From Octopus bimaculoides (Eukaryota), in contig NC_068989.1 in the NCBI RefSeq assembly GCF_001194135.2, forward strand, positions 42,278,774-42,342,773: 64,000 bases of DNA. The letters are read 5' to 3'. Positions 61,866 to 64,000 of this stretch are shown here, piece after piece (positions within the stretch are counted from its first letter, which is position 1; each line of letters begins with the position of its first letter). A model generated the notes under the pieces. The model did not search any database. It saw only the letters and a program-made list of their open reading frames with translations, and was not told the DNA's origin. A program made the translations under genes and the position numbers.

Positions 61866-63298
61866 ATACAAATGCATGCATCTAGACATGAAAATATATA
61901 CATAAAAACGCATCTATAAAGCAAACATACAAATCTGCGCATAAATACATATGCATACGCCTAGACATGAAAATATATACATNNNNNNNNNNNNNNNNNN
62001 NNNNNNNNNNNNNNNNNNNNNNNNNNNNNNNNNNNNNNNNNNNNNNNNNNNNNNNNNNNNNNNNNNNNNNNNNNNNNNNNNNNNNNNNNNNNNNNNNNNN
62101 NNNNNNNNNNNNNNNNNNNNNNNNNNNNNNNNNNNNNNNNNNNNNNNNNNNNNNNNNNNNNNNNNNNNNNNNNNNNNNNNNNNNNNNNNNNNNNNNNNNN
62201 NNNNNNNNNNNNNNNNNNNNNNNNNNNNNNNNNNNNNNNNNNNNNNNNNNNNNNNNNNNNNNNNNNNNNNNNNNNNNNNNNNNNNNNNNNNNNNNNNNNN
62301 NNNNNNNNNNNNNNNNNNNNNNNNNNNNNNNNNNNNNNNNNNNNNNNNNNNNNNNNNNNNNNNNNNNNNNNNNNNNNNNNNNNNNNNNNNNNNNNNNNNN
62401 NNNNNNNNNNNNNNNNNNNNNNNNNNNNNNNNNNNNNNNNNNNNNNNNNNNNNNNNNNNNNNNNNNNNNNNNNNNNNNNNNNNNNNNNNNNNNNNNNNNN
62501 NNNNNNNNNNNNNNNNNNNNNNNNNNNNNNNNNNNNNNNNNNNNNNNNNNNNNNNNNNNNNNNNNNNNNNNNNNNNNNNNNNNNNNNNNNNNNNNNNNNN
62601 NNNNNNNNNNNNNNNNNNNNNNNNNNNNNNNNNNNNNNNNNNNNNNNNNNNNNNNNNNNNNNNNNNNNNNNNNNNNNNNNNNNNNNNNNNNNNNNNNNNN
62701 NNNNNNNNNNNNNNNNNNNACACGCACACATACATACATACACACAAACACATACATGCATACACACACATAAATACATATATACATATATACACACATA
62801 CATACACACATACATACACACATACATACATACCTACACACATGCCTTCACACATGCATACTTGGACATATACATACATACATACATACATACATACATA
62901 CATACATACATGCATGCATACATACAAATGCATATTAAGGTACGTAGGCTATAGGTTAAGTTGTTAGGCGCATGTTCATAGTATCGCGGGTACAATTCCT
63001 GTACCGAGTTGCGCATTGTAGGTAACTTCATTTGACGTCACTCCTGTCTACTCCAGCTGCCACGTCCTGAATATGCAGGCAGGCTAAATGATGGAAAATC
63101 TGTATCTGTCCGCTAGCGACTACGTAGGCACCTAAAACGACTGACAAGTTACATATTACAAAGTCACACTCGTTCGTAGGCGACAGGTGACTCATACCTA
63201 CCTACCTACCTACCTACCTACCTACCTACCTACCTACCTACCTACCTATATACATACATACATACATACATACATACATACACATATATATATAGAGT

Positions 63299-63336
<38 letters not shown>

Positions 63337-63338
<2 letters not shown>

Positions 63339-63933
63339 GTAAAATCTATTTGCCAACGTATTTTGGCAGTCTTGATTAGGACGATGTTACTACCTTTTTT
63401 AGCCCCAGGAAAACAGCTTTTCCAGCTAGCTACCTACGCACAATTGCGTCCTTATACGTTGAACAAGGGAGCTTATGTCTCCACTCAACCTTAAACGGTA
63501 CTTGCGGACCATGGTTTCTGAGTTATGTACCTCCATCGGCACAGAATAACCGTTGGCTAGAGATAGCAACACTAGGTCTTGTTGGAGGTATATACTCTTA
63601 AAGTAACATACAGTCACTGATCTCGTAAAGAGAAAAACAATTAGTTTTAAATCTCTGAGTAAGTAGTAACAATACGTCGAACAAGGCCTAGTGCTGTCAT
63701 CTCTAGCCAACGGTTATTCTGTGCCGATGGAGGGAAATAACCCAGAAACCACGGTCCGCAGGTACCGTTTAAGGTTGAGTAGGGACATTAGGTCCCTTGT
63801 TCAAGTATAAGGATGCAGTTGTGCAGTTGTGCGTCGGTAGCCAGCTGGAAAAAATGTTTTCCAGAGGCTAAGAAAGGTAGTAACATCCTCCTAATCAGGA
63901 CTGTCAATTTAGGTTGAGAAATAGATTTTACTC
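63337..63933. repeat. Long inverted repeat, ~250 bp arms (63337-63583 and 63680-63933)
   Basis: The right arm is the reverse complement of the left, with scattered substitutions and small indels. Confidence 0.9.
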
Positions 63934-64000
63934 TGCAGTACTGTTACTACTTTCTTCTCGCTCAGTGACTTAAAAATAATTGTTTATCTCTTTATATATA

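Larger units (their letters stand above)
12164..62719. other. Assembly gaps: 12164-12513, 26278-26779, 32534-32760, 48325-48988, 50708-51538, 56354-56363, 59619-59826, 61983-62719
   Basis: N runs, mostly bordered by microsatellites or repeats. Confidence 0.99.

Noticed and set aside
12044-62967. All long ORFs in the track containing X runs (12.0-12.6, 26.1-26.9, 32.5-32.9, 48.1-49.1, 50.4-51.6, 59.5-60.0, 61.9-63.0 kb)
   Set aside because: They are read-through across N gaps. Only the Tc1 portion at 50.4-50.7 kb is real coding-derived sequence.

Overview
AT-rich, repeat-dense animal genomic scaffold with 8 N-gaps. The repeat landscape (tRNA-headed SINEs, RTE LINEs with (ATG)n tails, abundant dinucleotide/tetranucleotide microsatellites) looks like an octopod cephalopod, probably Octopus; this is inferred, not proven. 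Only one host gene is supportable: the 5' part of a CSPP1 (centrosome and spindle pole-associated protein 1) orthologue on the minus strand. I reconstructed it by hand as 11 GT-AG coding exons between 37178 and 220 (1408 nt, 469 codons, every intron phase compatible); it continues beyond position 1. The ORF track does not show it as a gene, catching only fragments of a few exons. Its introns carry SINEs, an internally deleted RTE, a CR1/L2-group LINE fragment and TTAA- and TA-flanked MITEs. From about 43 kb to the end the window is an apparently intergenic cluster of degenerate transposons: Tc1, mariner elements, a DD37D/maT element with a nested mariner derivative, a Helitron, Penelope-like pieces and RLE-type retroelement tails. 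I see no intact novel multi-gene system. The best second-look items are: RLE-retroelement tails abutting (CATA)n tracts, hammerhead-ribozyme-like motifs whose cores are broken only on the gene's sense strand, a 21-bp in-frame heptad array, an intronic inverted duplication, and a mariner derivative built from two left ends.
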